Shown here piece after piece: positions 11,291 through 20,064 of a stretch of 64,000 nt of DNA (the stretch's first letter is position 1; each line of letters opens with the position of its first letter). Source of the DNA: Methanomassiliicoccaceae archaeon (lineage in GTDB: Archaea > Thermoplasmatota > Thermoplasmata > Methanomassiliicoccales > Methanomassiliicoccaceae); NCBI GenBank assembly GCA_040776945.1, contig JAXGZN010000002.1, forward strand, positions 512,001-576,000, given 5' to 3'. The position numbers and the translations under genes are program-made. The notes under the pieces are model-generated. The model had not been told where the DNA came from. It ran no database searches and saw only the letters and a list, made by a program, of their open reading frames with translations.

Positions 11291-12055
11291 TCAGCGGTCG
11301 TCGGAGAGCCGGCTCTCAGGGGTCCCTAGGAGCAGATCGGGCAGCGACCTCACGCTGTCGATGAACACAGAACAGCCGGCCCTTATCCAATCATCGCGCC
11401 CGAAGGTGCCGCTCAGAACACCGATGAAGCCGGCCGAGACCGAGCGGGCGCAGCTGAGGTCCATCCCATGATCGCCAACCAAGACGCAATCTACGGCCTT
11501 GAGCCCCATCATGCCAGCGATCCTCTCCATCGCCTTGCCGTTCGGTTTTGCCTCCTCCTCAGGAAAATCGTCCCGGCAGATCATCGGAACCGTCATAAGG
11601 TCCAGACCAGCGTAGTGTATGGCGGCCTGGGCGTATGCACGGGACCCACGGGTCAGGATACCGATGGCGAGGCCTGCCCCCTCGATACTAGCGAGACAGT
11701 CCTCGGCACCTTCGATCGGAGTGGTGTCGGCAACGTGCTCTATCTCCGTCATGTTCATGATGTCGCTCATGGCCCGATGCAACTGCGGGACTTTTCCCCC
11801 TAGACCATTGGCCTTTAGATAGTTCACCGCTTTTGCGAGATCATCGGCGGTGGTCCTTCCGCCTTCAAGCTCTGATGCCGGGATGCCGTGGGCGATGAGC
11901 CCTCCAACGATCCGGAGCCTCATCAGGCCGAAGTTGACGGTGGAATTGATGAGCGTGCCGTCAAGATCGAACACGACGCCGCGGACGCGCCGACCGAGGT
12001 TGCGAGGAACGATCACGCTGTCCTCATCACCCTCCGGATATTTAGTGAGGTCCAT
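11291..12055 (-). CDS. HAD-superfamily hydrolase (phosphoglycolate phosphatase-like)
   Basis: FDLDGTL, ILTRG, KPNG, VGDHGMD. Confidence 0.85.
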   Translation of the reverse strand: MDLTKYPEGDEDSVIVPRNLGRRVRGVVFDLDGTLINSTVNFGLMRLRIVGGLIAHGIPASELEGGRTTADDLAKAVNYLKANGLGGKVPQLHRAMSDIMNMTEIEHVADTTPIEGAEDCLASIEGAGLAIGILTRGSRAYAQAAIHYAGLDLMTVPMICRDDFPEEEAKPNGKAMERIAGMMGLKAVDCVLVGDHGMDLSCARSVSAGFIGVLSGTFGRDDWIRAGCSVFIDSVRSLPDLLLGTPESRLSDDR

Positions 12056-12141
12056 GCATGCTCATTATCAATAGAAATAATAGCAGGCCAGATGGCTATC
12101 TGCAAGGCGTCATTACCAGTTTTGATATTTAAAGGTATTCG

Positions 12142-12170
12142 GAGCATGCTCAACTACCTCTTTTATATTT
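12142..12170 (+). promoter_or_regulatory. Palindrome GAGCATGCTC followed by the TATA box of the repeat-peptide gene
   Basis: GAGCATGCTC at 12142-12151; TTTTATATTT at 12161-12170; SD-like GGTGAGG at 12202-12208. Confidence 0.6.
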
Positions 12171-12212
12171 CAAAAACCAAAACGGTCTAAAAAGGAAGAC
12201 CGGTGAGGAAAG

Positions 12213-12434
12213 ATGAAAGCAAGAACAATGACCCTGATTGGATTCGTAGCGCTCTTATTGGCCGCGTTCGGCACGGTCGCAGTGGTAGCTGACGTGGCCT
12301 CGGTGAACCTCATCATTCCAGGAATAGACCCGCACATCATCCCGGGCATCGATCCTCATATCATCCCCGGTATCGATCCGCACATCATTCCAGGAATAGA
12401 CCCGCACATCATCCCGGGCATCGATCCTCATTAA
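12213..12434 (+). CDS. Secreted precursor peptide: signal peptide plus 5x IIPGIDPH
   Basis: MKAR n-region, hydrophobic h-region, VVA|D cleavage-like site; own TATA box, SD and terminator; repeats differ only synonymously. Confidence 0.85.
   Translation: MKARTMTLIGFVALLLAAFGTVAVVADVASVNLIIPGIDPHIIPGIDPHIIPGIDPHIIPGIDPHIIPGIDPH
12312..12431 (+). repeat. Five tandem 24-bp coding repeats, pattern A-B-C-A-B
   Basis: A=ATCATTCCAGGAATAGACCCGCAC, B=ATCATCCCGGGCATCGATCCTCAT, C=ATCATCCCCGGTATCGATCCGCAC. Confidence 0.95.
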
Positions 12435-12438
12435 GCTC

Positions 12439-12480
12439 ATTGCCTCTTGCCCCCCTCGAGGCAATATATTTTTTATTTTT
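12439..12480 (+). terminator. Hairpin plus T-tract between the convergent peptide and STAND genes
   Basis: ATTGCCTC (12439-12446) pairs with GAGGCAAT (12458-12465), followed by long T runs. Confidence 0.65.
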
Positions 12481-12481
12481 C

Positions 12482-15172
12482 TCAGGCCAGGCTAGCAAGG
12501 GCCTGCTCGACCTCTTTTTTTAGATTCTCCGCAGACCCATGCGTAGTGAGCTGCAACGCCTCCTGAAGCAGACCGCTTGCGCCCTCTTTATCGCCGTTCT
12601 TTATGAACTGCTGGGCTATCTCATACAGCCAGCGCCCCAGAAGTAGGGGCGCGTCTTGCCTTCTGATGGTTTCCAAGGCATCGGTGAACTCGGCCTTGGC
12701 CCACTCCCACTCCATTCTCTTGTTGAAAATATAGCCGCGCATCAGGTGCAGGTCCGCCAACAGAACATTGTTCCCGAGCTTCTCGAATATCTTGCTCGCT
12801 TGGTTGATATGCTCTTGAGCCTGTTCCAGCATGTCGATCTCCACATACACGACCACAGCGTTCCTGAGCGCATATCCTTGCAGCTCCAGGTTCCCGGAGG
12901 TGCGGCCCATTTCAGCCGCCCGCTCGTGATATTTGACCGCCTCAGAATAGTTGTGCACCTCTGCCAGGCTTGTACCAAGACCGATGCATATCTTGGCGAT
13001 ATTGTCTACATCCCCTGTCCTTTCTATGACCTCCAGCGCCTCCTTTTTATATTTGATGGCCTGGTGATGGTCGATCAATGACGAGTACACGCGCCCGATG
13101 CCATACAAGGCCAATCCCAGACCGATATCGTCCATAGCGCTTTGTGCAAGTTCCATAGAACGGCGGAAGGCAACCATTGCATCTTGGTGGCGGCCTCGGT
13201 TCTGCAGAACCCCTCCCAGGTCGTAATAGGTCTCCACCAGTGCGTGAGGGTCTTTCACGTCCTCCGCCAACCCAAGGCTCCGCTTGAGATATTCCTCGGC
13301 CTTATCGAACACCGAGCGCCTAAGGTAGATAGCGCCAAGCCTGCGGTTGACCTCAGCTAGCAGTCTGCGGTCCGTTTGCGGATCGCTCAGGCCTATGATC
13401 TCCTCGAACCTGGTTATCGCCTGGTCCCACTCTCCGCGAACCTCTAGGACATCGCCCTCGAGGAGAAGAAGCTCCATCTTCTCACTTCGATCGATGTTAT
13501 CGCACTGTGCCCTAAGAGATGTGAGGAGAGGTGCGAACGGAAGGCTGTAGCCCTTGGATATGATGTCCCGGCCGCTGCCTGCCGCGATCCGCACCGCGGT
13601 GCTGTACTCCTTGGCCATCAAGCAATGGTACAACGCCTCCACGTGCGCTGGAGCGGAATTATCCAAGAGGTAATACCTGGACGCTGCCTTGTGATAGGTA
13701 ACGCGCTGCCGCGGAGAAAGCCGGGAGTAGAAGAAGTCGCGCAGCAGGTCATGCATCCCGATCATGCGACCTAAGGACTCATGCATCAGCGATTTGGAAA
13801 GGAGTGAATCTATGGTATCATAGTCGACGAGGTAGTCCTTGTACTCCATCTCCTTCTGGAAAAGACCAAGGTCTTTGGCGATCTCTTCCTCCATGGTGAA
13901 GAAAGCGTCAACGAGCACCGGATAGCGGAACACCGAGGCGATGTCCATTATCCTGCGCTCGGTTATGTCGAGCTTGGAATATACCTCCTGCTCAATGAAC
14001 ATGCGGACGTTCTTTCCCAGAGCGCTCTGCGGACCGTCCACCAGCTCCAAAAAGAGAGGATGCCCTCGGGTGGCCCGGTATATGTCCATCAGCTCGTGCT
14101 CGGGCAGTTCGCGATTCCGCATGAGGCGTAGAGAGCTCTCAACATCCAGGCCCTCCAGCATCATCTCCTTGACCTGCCCCTTGAAGACGGCCGCACGCGA
14201 GTAGAACGAGGGGATCTCACGACTTGTGCAGATCAAAGAGACGTCAGAGATGGACTCAAGAACGATCACCATTGCGGACAGGAACTCTTGCACCGTCCTG
14301 TCCCCTTTCTGAACATCGTCGATGATGAACACCGTTGGCAGGTCCTGGAGGTCCATCTCCAAGATCCCGCATACCTCTCCTACCGCCGGGCTGTCCGTCC
14401 TAGAAAGATATCGCTCAAGCCCCTTCTTGCCGAGCTGCGAAAGGAATTCCGCGATCGGCGTGAGAAGGATCTTTAGGTTCACCCATTCATGGACCCGATA
14501 CCAGTATACGTGCCTCTGTTCCCTTATGTCCTGGACGAACTTCGCGAGGAGAGTGGTCTTCCCGATCCCCGGGATGCCGCAGACGGCCATTATGCTCGCC
14601 GTATCAGAGTTGAGAAAGTCGATAAGTTCGGCCATCTCTTTCTGCCTTCCATAGAAGCTGCGGACCGTTGGCTTGCGATCGGTGTAATCCACGAACCTCC
14701 GCTCCTGCTTAACTTTCCCCTCGTGGAAAGAAGAGCAGTCAAAGCTCCCCCTCGACACGCTGATCGCGAGGTCGAGGAAGGCATATCTCTTCGGCAGATA
14801 CAGGGACAGCTTGCCCAGCTCGTCCTCATGCACCTTGCCATCAAAATCGATAATGTTGATCTTGGTGCGTTCGATCTCGAGCTTGAGATTGAGGGCGTTC
14901 TGATAGCCGCTGGGAGTTAGGAAGTAGACCTTTTTTACACTGGCGAACCCCTTGACATGTCTGGTGTGGACCTCGACCACGCCTTCCCCTTCCATGCTAT
15001 TTACGATCTTGGAGACATTGTTCCGTCCGACATCGACAGCCTCAGCTATCCCTTCCTGGGTAACGGTCGCCGGAGCGTCAGGATCTTGCTGATACCTCTG
15101 GTATGCCAGGAGGTGCAGGATGACCCTCTCACGCACGGTAAGCAGGGACTTCCTGGAGGAGCGGTTCACCAA
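12482..15172 (-). CDS. wHTH - STAND-class P-loop NTPase - TPR regulator
   Basis: N-terminal wHTH (TQEGIAEAVDVGRNNVSKIV..KKVYFLT); FYGRQKE, Walker A GIPGIGKT, Walker B VFIIDD, TSRE, GHPLFL; C-terminal TPR-like repeats. Confidence 0.85.
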   Translation of the reverse strand: MVNRSSRKSLLTVRERVILHLLAYQRYQQDPDAPATVTQEGIAEAVDVGRNNVSKIVNSMEGEGVVEVHTRHVKGFASVKKVYFLTPSGYQNALNLKLEIERTKINIIDFDGKVHEDELGKLSLYLPKRYAFLDLAISVSRGSFDCSSFHEGKVKQERRFVDYTDRKPTVRSFYGRQKEMAELIDFLNSDTASIMAVCGIPGIGKTTLLAKFVQDIREQRHVYWYRVHEWVNLKILLTPIAEFLSQLGKKGLERYLSRTDSPAVGEVCGILEMDLQDLPTVFIIDDVQKGDRTVQEFLSAMVIVLESISDVSLICTSREIPSFYSRAAVFKGQVKEMMLEGLDVESSLRLMRNRELPEHELMDIYRATRGHPLFLELVDGPQSALGKNVRMFIEQEVYSKLDITERRIMDIASVFRYPVLVDAFFTMEEEIAKDLGLFQKEMEYKDYLVDYDTIDSLLSKSLMHESLGRMIGMHDLLRDFFYSRLSPRQRVTYHKAASRYYLLDNSAPAHVEALYHCLMAKEYSTAVRIAAGSGRDIISKGYSLPFAPLLTSLRAQCDNIDRSEKMELLLLEGDVLEVRGEWDQAITRFEEIIGLSDPQTDRRLLAEVNRRLGAIYLRRSVFDKAEEYLKRSLGLAEDVKDPHALVETYYDLGGVLQNRGRHQDAMVAFRRSMELAQSAMDDIGLGLALYGIGRVYSSLIDHHQAIKYKKEALEVIERTGDVDNIAKICIGLGTSLAEVHNYSEAVKYHERAAEMGRTSGNLELQGYALRNAVVVYVEIDMLEQAQEHINQASKIFEKLGNNVLLADLHLMRGYIFNKRMEWEWAKAEFTDALETIRRQDAPLLLGRWLYEIAQQFIKNGDKEGASGLLQEALQLTTHGSAENLKKEVEQALASLA

Positions 15173-15225
15173 GCCAGAATGAGGATATTAGGAATAAAAT
15201 GTTTCTAATAAATTCAGCAAAAAAA

Positions 15226-15251
15226 GAGCATGCTCAAAATCGTATTATATA
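15226..15251 (+). promoter_or_regulatory. Second GAGCATGCTC palindrome plus TATA box in the STAND/DUF835 divergent region
   Basis: GAGCATGCTC at 15226-15235; TTATATA at 15245-15251. Confidence 0.6.
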
Positions 15252-15294
15252 CGCACAAGGAGAAAATAGGTATGAAGAATACAAGGTGATCGGA

Positions 15295-15843
15295 ATGAAC
15301 AACGGTTCCAAGATATCCCTGCTCCTTGAGGACTATCCTCGGAATGGCTATCACATATACTCCAAGATCGTTGGTCGCTCCACCAGCGGCCTCTGCATTT
15401 CCCGCCTGCATCCCGAATACGTGGGCCAGAAGTACGGCCTGGAGATGTCCAAAAGATACTGGCTAAGCGGCCAGAGCGGCGTTGACGTGATCTCCCCTAA
15501 GTCCCTTAACCACCTCCTCAAAGTGATCCGCCAGGAGCTTAGGGGCAGATCGGGAGGAACAATATTCCTCGACGGACTGGAATATCTTCTTCTATTCCAC
15601 GATATGAACAGGATACTTGGCATCCTAGAGCAGATCGATTCCCTCCTCAGGGAGGCCAAGGTGGAGCTCATCGTGGCTATGGACCCCCTGACCTTCGAGC
15701 AGAAGGACCTCGATACGCTTTATGCGGCCTTCCCTCACTCTTCCAGTGAAGAGATGATGGCAAGGCTGTCTGCCCAGGGCCCCTCGGCCATGGCCTCGAC
15801 CAGAGCGGTGTCCGCACCTCCCAGGGCCAGTCTGCGGGTCTGA
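15295..15843 (+). CDS. DUF835 domain protein (inactive KaiC/RecA-like)
   Basis: GLCISRLHPE, YWLS, ISPKSL, IFLDGLEYL, MDPLTF; GGTGA SD before ATG 15295. Confidence 0.8.
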   Translation: MNNGSKISLLLEDYPRNGYHIYSKIVGRSTSGLCISRLHPEYVGQKYGLEMSKRYWLSGQSGVDVISPKSLNHLLKVIRQELRGRSGGTIFLDGLEYLLLFHDMNRILGILEQIDSLLREAKVELIVAMDPLTFEQKDLDTLYAAFPHSSSEEMMARLSAQGPSAMASTRAVSAPPRASLRV

Positions 15844-15955
15844 GAGGGAGACCACTCCCCTTCCCCAAATCCCTTAATTTCTTTTGTCTGCCCTTTTCAT
15901 CGGTCATGGCTCCTTGCCCGTTTGGTCACGGAACGGACAAGAGGGTCCGATGGGC

Positions 15956-16510
15956 TCAGATGCATTCACTAGGGGTCACGATCTCGGCGAAGCGCCTGAG
16001 GCGGGCAACATATCGCGGGTCCATGGACAATGGGTCCAGAGGGACGAGCATGAGGGCTCTCGAGGCCATGATCCCATCGTTCACCTGTTCAAGGAACATC
16101 TGCACTTTGGTGGGGTCGTTGAACAAGGTCAAATACTCCACGCCCTCAAGGAGCACGACCGCGTTCCTCTTGCCCATTAAGAACGTCGAGACACGCTGCG
16201 ATATCCTGTGAAGCTGGTTCGGCGGAATGTTGGCAGCACCCGGCCGCTCGCTCAGCCAAGCGCATTCCAGCGATACTCCGGGCATCTGCTCTTGAAGCAG
16301 ATCTGGGTGCAGGCGGGTGACACACAGTGCCTTTGAGCCGGAAAAGACGAAATCCTGCAATATCCTCAGCGTCCTCTCCATCTTCTTCTCGCAAACGAAA
16401 TATATCCTTCCGAAATCAAAAAGGAAATCCTCTCCGGCGCTCAAGCTCACAAGGTCGGCACTCAATGTGTTGCCTCTCTGAGGAATCGGCACGGACGAAT
16501 TCACTTCCAC
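15956..16510 (-). CDS. DUF835 domain protein
   Basis: ALCVTRLHPD, WLSE, IPPNQL, VLLEGVEYL, LDPLSM. Confidence 0.8.
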   Translation of the reverse strand: MEVNSSVPIPQRGNTLSADLVSLSAGEDFLFDFGRIYFVCEKKMERTLRILQDFVFSGSKALCVTRLHPDLLQEQMPGVSLECAWLSERPGAANIPPNQLHRISQRVSTFLMGKRNAVVLLEGVEYLTLFNDPTKVQMFLEQVNDGIMASRALMLVPLDPLSMDPRYVARLRRFAEIVTPSECI

Positions 16511-16652
16511 AACCCCGGAACGAGGTCTGGGGCGTTATCAAGATTGTTTTAGATATATAAAAAGCCAATCTCGTAAAAGTTCGAAAGGGTGCCCCACCGC
16601 CCTCCCATCGATCTCTCCGAGAAGGCGAACGGGGCAGGACAGGCCTCACGCT

Positions 16653-17972
16653 TCACCGCACATTGTTCATCTCTCCGCTGAGGTATTTGGCGTAACCGCC
16701 CATGTCAAGAAGGCCATGCCCGGAAAGGTTGAACACTATGGTCTTCTCTTCGTTCTTCCTCTTGGCCTCGAGCGCCAGGTCCATGGCCGCCTTGATGGCA
16801 TGCGAGGATTCGGGTGCAGGGACTATCCCTTCAGCACGGGCGAAGATAATCGCGGCTTCGAACGTCTGCAGCTGCTCATAGGACACCGCACGGGCGAACC
16901 CCTGATCGACCACCGCGGTCACGGCCGGGGCCATCCCATGGTAGCGGAGCCCGCCGGCGTGTATCGAGGAGGGCACGAAGTCGTGGCCCAAGGTATACAT
17001 CTTCAGCAGAGGGGTCATTCCTGCGGTGTCGCCGAAGTCGTACCGGTTCTCGCCCTTGGTGATGGAAGGGACCGAGGTAGGCTCGACCGCTATGAACTCG
17101 GTATCGATCTTCCCCTTGATCTTCTTCCCGATCATCGGGAAACTGAACCCGGCGAAGTTGCTCCCTCCGCCCACGCAGCCGACCATGTAGTCGGGAACAA
17201 CGTCGATCAGTTCCAGTTGTTGCATGACCTCCTGGCCGATGACGGTCTGGTGCAGCATTACGTGATTGAGCACACTGCCCAAAGAGTATTTCGTGTTGGG
17301 CTGGTGGATGCAAAGCTCGATGGCCTCGGAGATGGCGATCCCCAGCGTCCCGGGATGGTCGGGGCGTTCTTTCAGGACCTTCCTGCCATACTCGGTCTCG
17401 CTGCTGGGTGATGAATGCACCTTGGACCCGTAGGTCTCCATGATGAGACGCCTGAACGGCTTTTGGTCATATGACACCCTGACCATGAACACGGTGCAGT
17501 TCATGTCGAAATGGGCGCAGGCCAAGGCAAGCGCGGAGCCCCACTGTCCTGCGCCCGTTTCCGTGGTCAGGTTCTCCACCCCTTCCTTCATATTGTAATA
17601 CGCTTGGGGCAGGGCCGAGTTGGGCTTATGCGACCCAGCAGGAGAGAGGTCCTCGCGCTTGAAATAGATCTTGGCCGGGGTCTTAAGGAAGGCTTCCAAC
17701 CGCCGGGCTCTTTGCAGCGGCGACGGCCGGCCCAACATCAGATACGAATCCCTGACCTCTTCCGGTATGTCGATATATCTTTCGGTGGACATCTCCTGGG
17801 CGATGGCGGCCTTCGGAAATATCGCCGCAAGTTCCTCAGGCCTTGCCGGTTCCATGGTCTGAGGGTTCAGAGGAGGCGGGATAGGCACTGGCAGGTCGGC
17901 AGCAATGTTGTACCATCTGCGGGGGATGTCATCGATGTTAAGGATCACCTTGTCTTCAGCGTGTATTGCCAT
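16653..17972 (-). CDS. trpB2: TrpB2 (tryptophan synthase beta-like PLP enzyme)
   Basis: [48 protein letters not shown]. Confidence 0.93.
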   Translation of the reverse strand: MAIHAEDKVILNIDDIPRRWYNIAADLPVPIPPPLNPQTMEPARPEELAAIFPKAAIAQEMSTERYIDIPEEVRDSYLMLGRPSPLQRARRLEAFLKTPAKIYFKREDLSPAGSHKPNSALPQAYYNMKEGVENLTTETGAGQWGSALALACAHFDMNCTVFMVRVSYDQKPFRRLIMETYGSKVHSSPSSETEYGRKVLKERPDHPGTLGIAISEAIELCIHQPNTKYSLGSVLNHVMLHQTVIGQEVMQQLELIDVVPDYMVGCVGGGSNFAGFSFPMIGKKIKGKIDTEFIAVEPTSVPSITKGENRYDFGDTAGMTPLLKMYTLGHDFVPSSIHAGGLRYHGMAPAVTAVVDQGFARAVSYEQLQTFEAAIIFARAEGIVPAPESSHAIKAAMDLALEAKRKNEEKTIVFNLSGHGLLDMGGYAKYLSGEMNNVR

Positions 17973-18038
17973 GTCTCAAGGGAAAAGGATGCTAAATATT
18001 TAACACTTATGCGTATTGATGAACACATATGAACATTA

Positions 18039-19802
18039 TCAGCCACATGTATCGCATTGCATCGCCCCCTCCTCGCTATGGACAAAGCGTCCGCATACCG
18101 GGCAGCATCTCCTGTTCCTTGTTGAGGTGAGCACCTGATCGGGTCTCGACCCCTCTCGATATACAGTAATTCCCTTGCATCCCCTGCGGTGCGCATGGAT
18201 GAAAATGTGCCTAACGTCCGCCCAGGTTGCAGAAGCAGAGAGGTTGATGGTCTTGGATACAGCATTGTCGACATGCCTCTGGAAGGCCGCCTGCATATCT
18301 ATCTGGTCACCTGGCGGGATATCATGGGCTGTAAGAAAGACCTGTCTGACGTCCGACGGCACATCCTTCAAGCCCTGGATCGACCGTGTGCCAGCTATCT
18401 TCTCCAACAGCTCAGGGGATAGGAAGCCCCCCTTTCTGGCCGCCTCCTTGAAGAGGGGCAGCACCTCGTACAGGCGTTGTCCCTCAAGCGCGCGCCGAGA
18501 ATAGGAAACGGCGTAATAAGGCTCGATCCCAGATGAACAGCCGGCGATCAAGCTGATCGTACCGGTAGGGGCTATGGAGAGCAAGGTGGCGTTCCTTCGT
18601 GGCCCTTTGATGATCGAAGCATCGATGCTGGGGAAGCTCCCCCTGGACTCAGCTATGGTCCGCGAGGTGCGTTCCGCCCTCTCTCGAATGAAGGCCATAA
18701 GCTTGTCTGCCAACCGCAGTGATGCTGAGCTGCCGTAAGGAAGACCCATCCTTACCAGAAGGTCCGCGAACCCCATTATTCCGAGACCTATCTTGCGATT
18801 CATCTTAACGACCTCGGCGGTTTGGACAAGAGGAAAGCGGTTGGCATCGATGACATTGTCCAGGAACCTGATGCCCAGGTCCACCGTTCTCGCCAAATGG
18901 TCCCAATCCACTTTTCCATCAGATGCCATGCGGTCGAGGTTCACCGAGCCGAGGTTGCAGGCCTCGAACGGCAGCAGAGGCACTTCCCCACAAGGGTTGG
19001 TCGCATCTATGTTCCCTTGTTCTGGTGTAGGGTTGTCCCGGTTCACCGTGTCGATGAACAACGCTCCCGGGTCTCCGACCCTCCAGGCAGATGTGGCCAT
19101 CCTTTCTAGGATATAGGACGCTGAGATCGTTCGGACCTTCGTTCCATCGCGAGGGTTCACCAGATCATATCCTTCACCGTGCGCTGCGCGGTCCATGAAA
19201 TCGTCGGTCACCGCCACCGATAGATTGAAGTTCGACAGGGAGGAGAGGTCCTCCTTGACGCCAATGAACCGCTCGATGTCCGGATGGTCGACCCTCAGGA
19301 CGCCCATGTTCGCTCCTCGTCTCCGGCCTCCCTGCTTAATGGAATTGGTCGCGGCGTCGAAGACCGTCATGAACGATACCGGGCCGGAAGCGACCCCGCC
19401 AGTTGAACGGACGATGTCCCCCTCCGGCCGCAGGTTGGAGAAGGAGAAACCGACCCCGCCCCCTGTCTGTTGGACGATCGCCCCGTATTTTATCGCATCA
19501 TAGATGCTCTCTATGGAGTCCCCGACAGGTATCACGAAGCATGCCGATAGCTGCTGTATGCTGGTGCCGGCGTTCATCAGCGTCGGTGAGTTCGGAAGGA
19601 ACTCCAACGAGCGCATCGCCTGGAAGAACTCCTCCTCTTCGTTCCCGCGATCGCCATACAGCTCGTTCACCGCCGCGACATTGGATGCTACACGACGGAA
19701 CATCTGCTCTGGCGTTTCTATGGTCTGGCCGTTCTCATCCTTCATTAGATATCTCTTCTCCAGAATGAGCATCGCATTTGGCGAGAACGAAGGCGGCCGC
19801 AT
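18039..19802 (-). CDS. nrdJ: Class II (adenosylcobalamin-dependent) ribonucleotide reductase
   Basis: PNSPTLMNAG, LSACFV, RRGANMG, TNPCGE, ACNLGS, IAPTGT, KGITVYR; C-terminal Cys pairs. Confidence 0.92.
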   Translation of the reverse strand: MRPPSFSPNAMLILEKRYLMKDENGQTIETPEQMFRRVASNVAAVNELYGDRGNEEEEFFQAMRSLEFLPNSPTLMNAGTSIQQLSACFVIPVGDSIESIYDAIKYGAIVQQTGGGVGFSFSNLRPEGDIVRSTGGVASGPVSFMTVFDAATNSIKQGGRRRGANMGVLRVDHPDIERFIGVKEDLSSLSNFNLSVAVTDDFMDRAAHGEGYDLVNPRDGTKVRTISASYILERMATSAWRVGDPGALFIDTVNRDNPTPEQGNIDATNPCGEVPLLPFEACNLGSVNLDRMASDGKVDWDHLARTVDLGIRFLDNVIDANRFPLVQTAEVVKMNRKIGLGIMGFADLLVRMGLPYGSSASLRLADKLMAFIRERAERTSRTIAESRGSFPSIDASIIKGPRRNATLLSIAPTGTISLIAGCSSGIEPYYAVSYSRRALEGQRLYEVLPLFKEAARKGGFLSPELLEKIAGTRSIQGLKDVPSDVRQVFLTAHDIPPGDQIDMQAAFQRHVDNAVSKTINLSASATWADVRHIFIHAHRRGCKGITVYREGSRPDQVLTSTRNRRCCPVCGRFVHSEEGAMQCDTCG

Positions 19803-20064
19803 GTGGTCAAGAATATGTTTGGAGGGCTAAATCCCTTGCCTGCCGTCGTTCGCCGCCCCTCATTATTCAGCAAGGAAAGAGGTAAGACCGTGGACCGGCC
19901 AAAGAGGTAATTAAAGAAAATGGCGAACAACACAACGATCGGAGACCATCCTGGGCAAATGGTCAAAGACCGTTAGCAAGGGGGCGGAAAAAGGGAGGCG
20001 ACGACAGGTCTTAACCGCTCAGCGGTGGTCATTGGACGATCGCAAGCTCTTCGGACCTTTTCGA

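Noticed and set aside
12312-12431. Tandem repeats as a CRISPR array or non-coding VNTR
   Set aside because: There are no spacers, and units vary only at synonymous codon positions, so the repeat is protein-coding.
12213-12434. Repeat peptide as an NLR-associated amyloid signalling motif
   Set aside because: Two prolines per 8 residues disfavour cross-beta structure, a signal peptide is present, and the STAND N-terminus has no matching motif.
12213-12434. Classical RiPP cluster
   Set aside because: No modifying enzyme (radical SAM, YcaO, ATP-grasp, LanM), peptidase or dedicated exporter is adjacent; processing in trans cannot be excluded.
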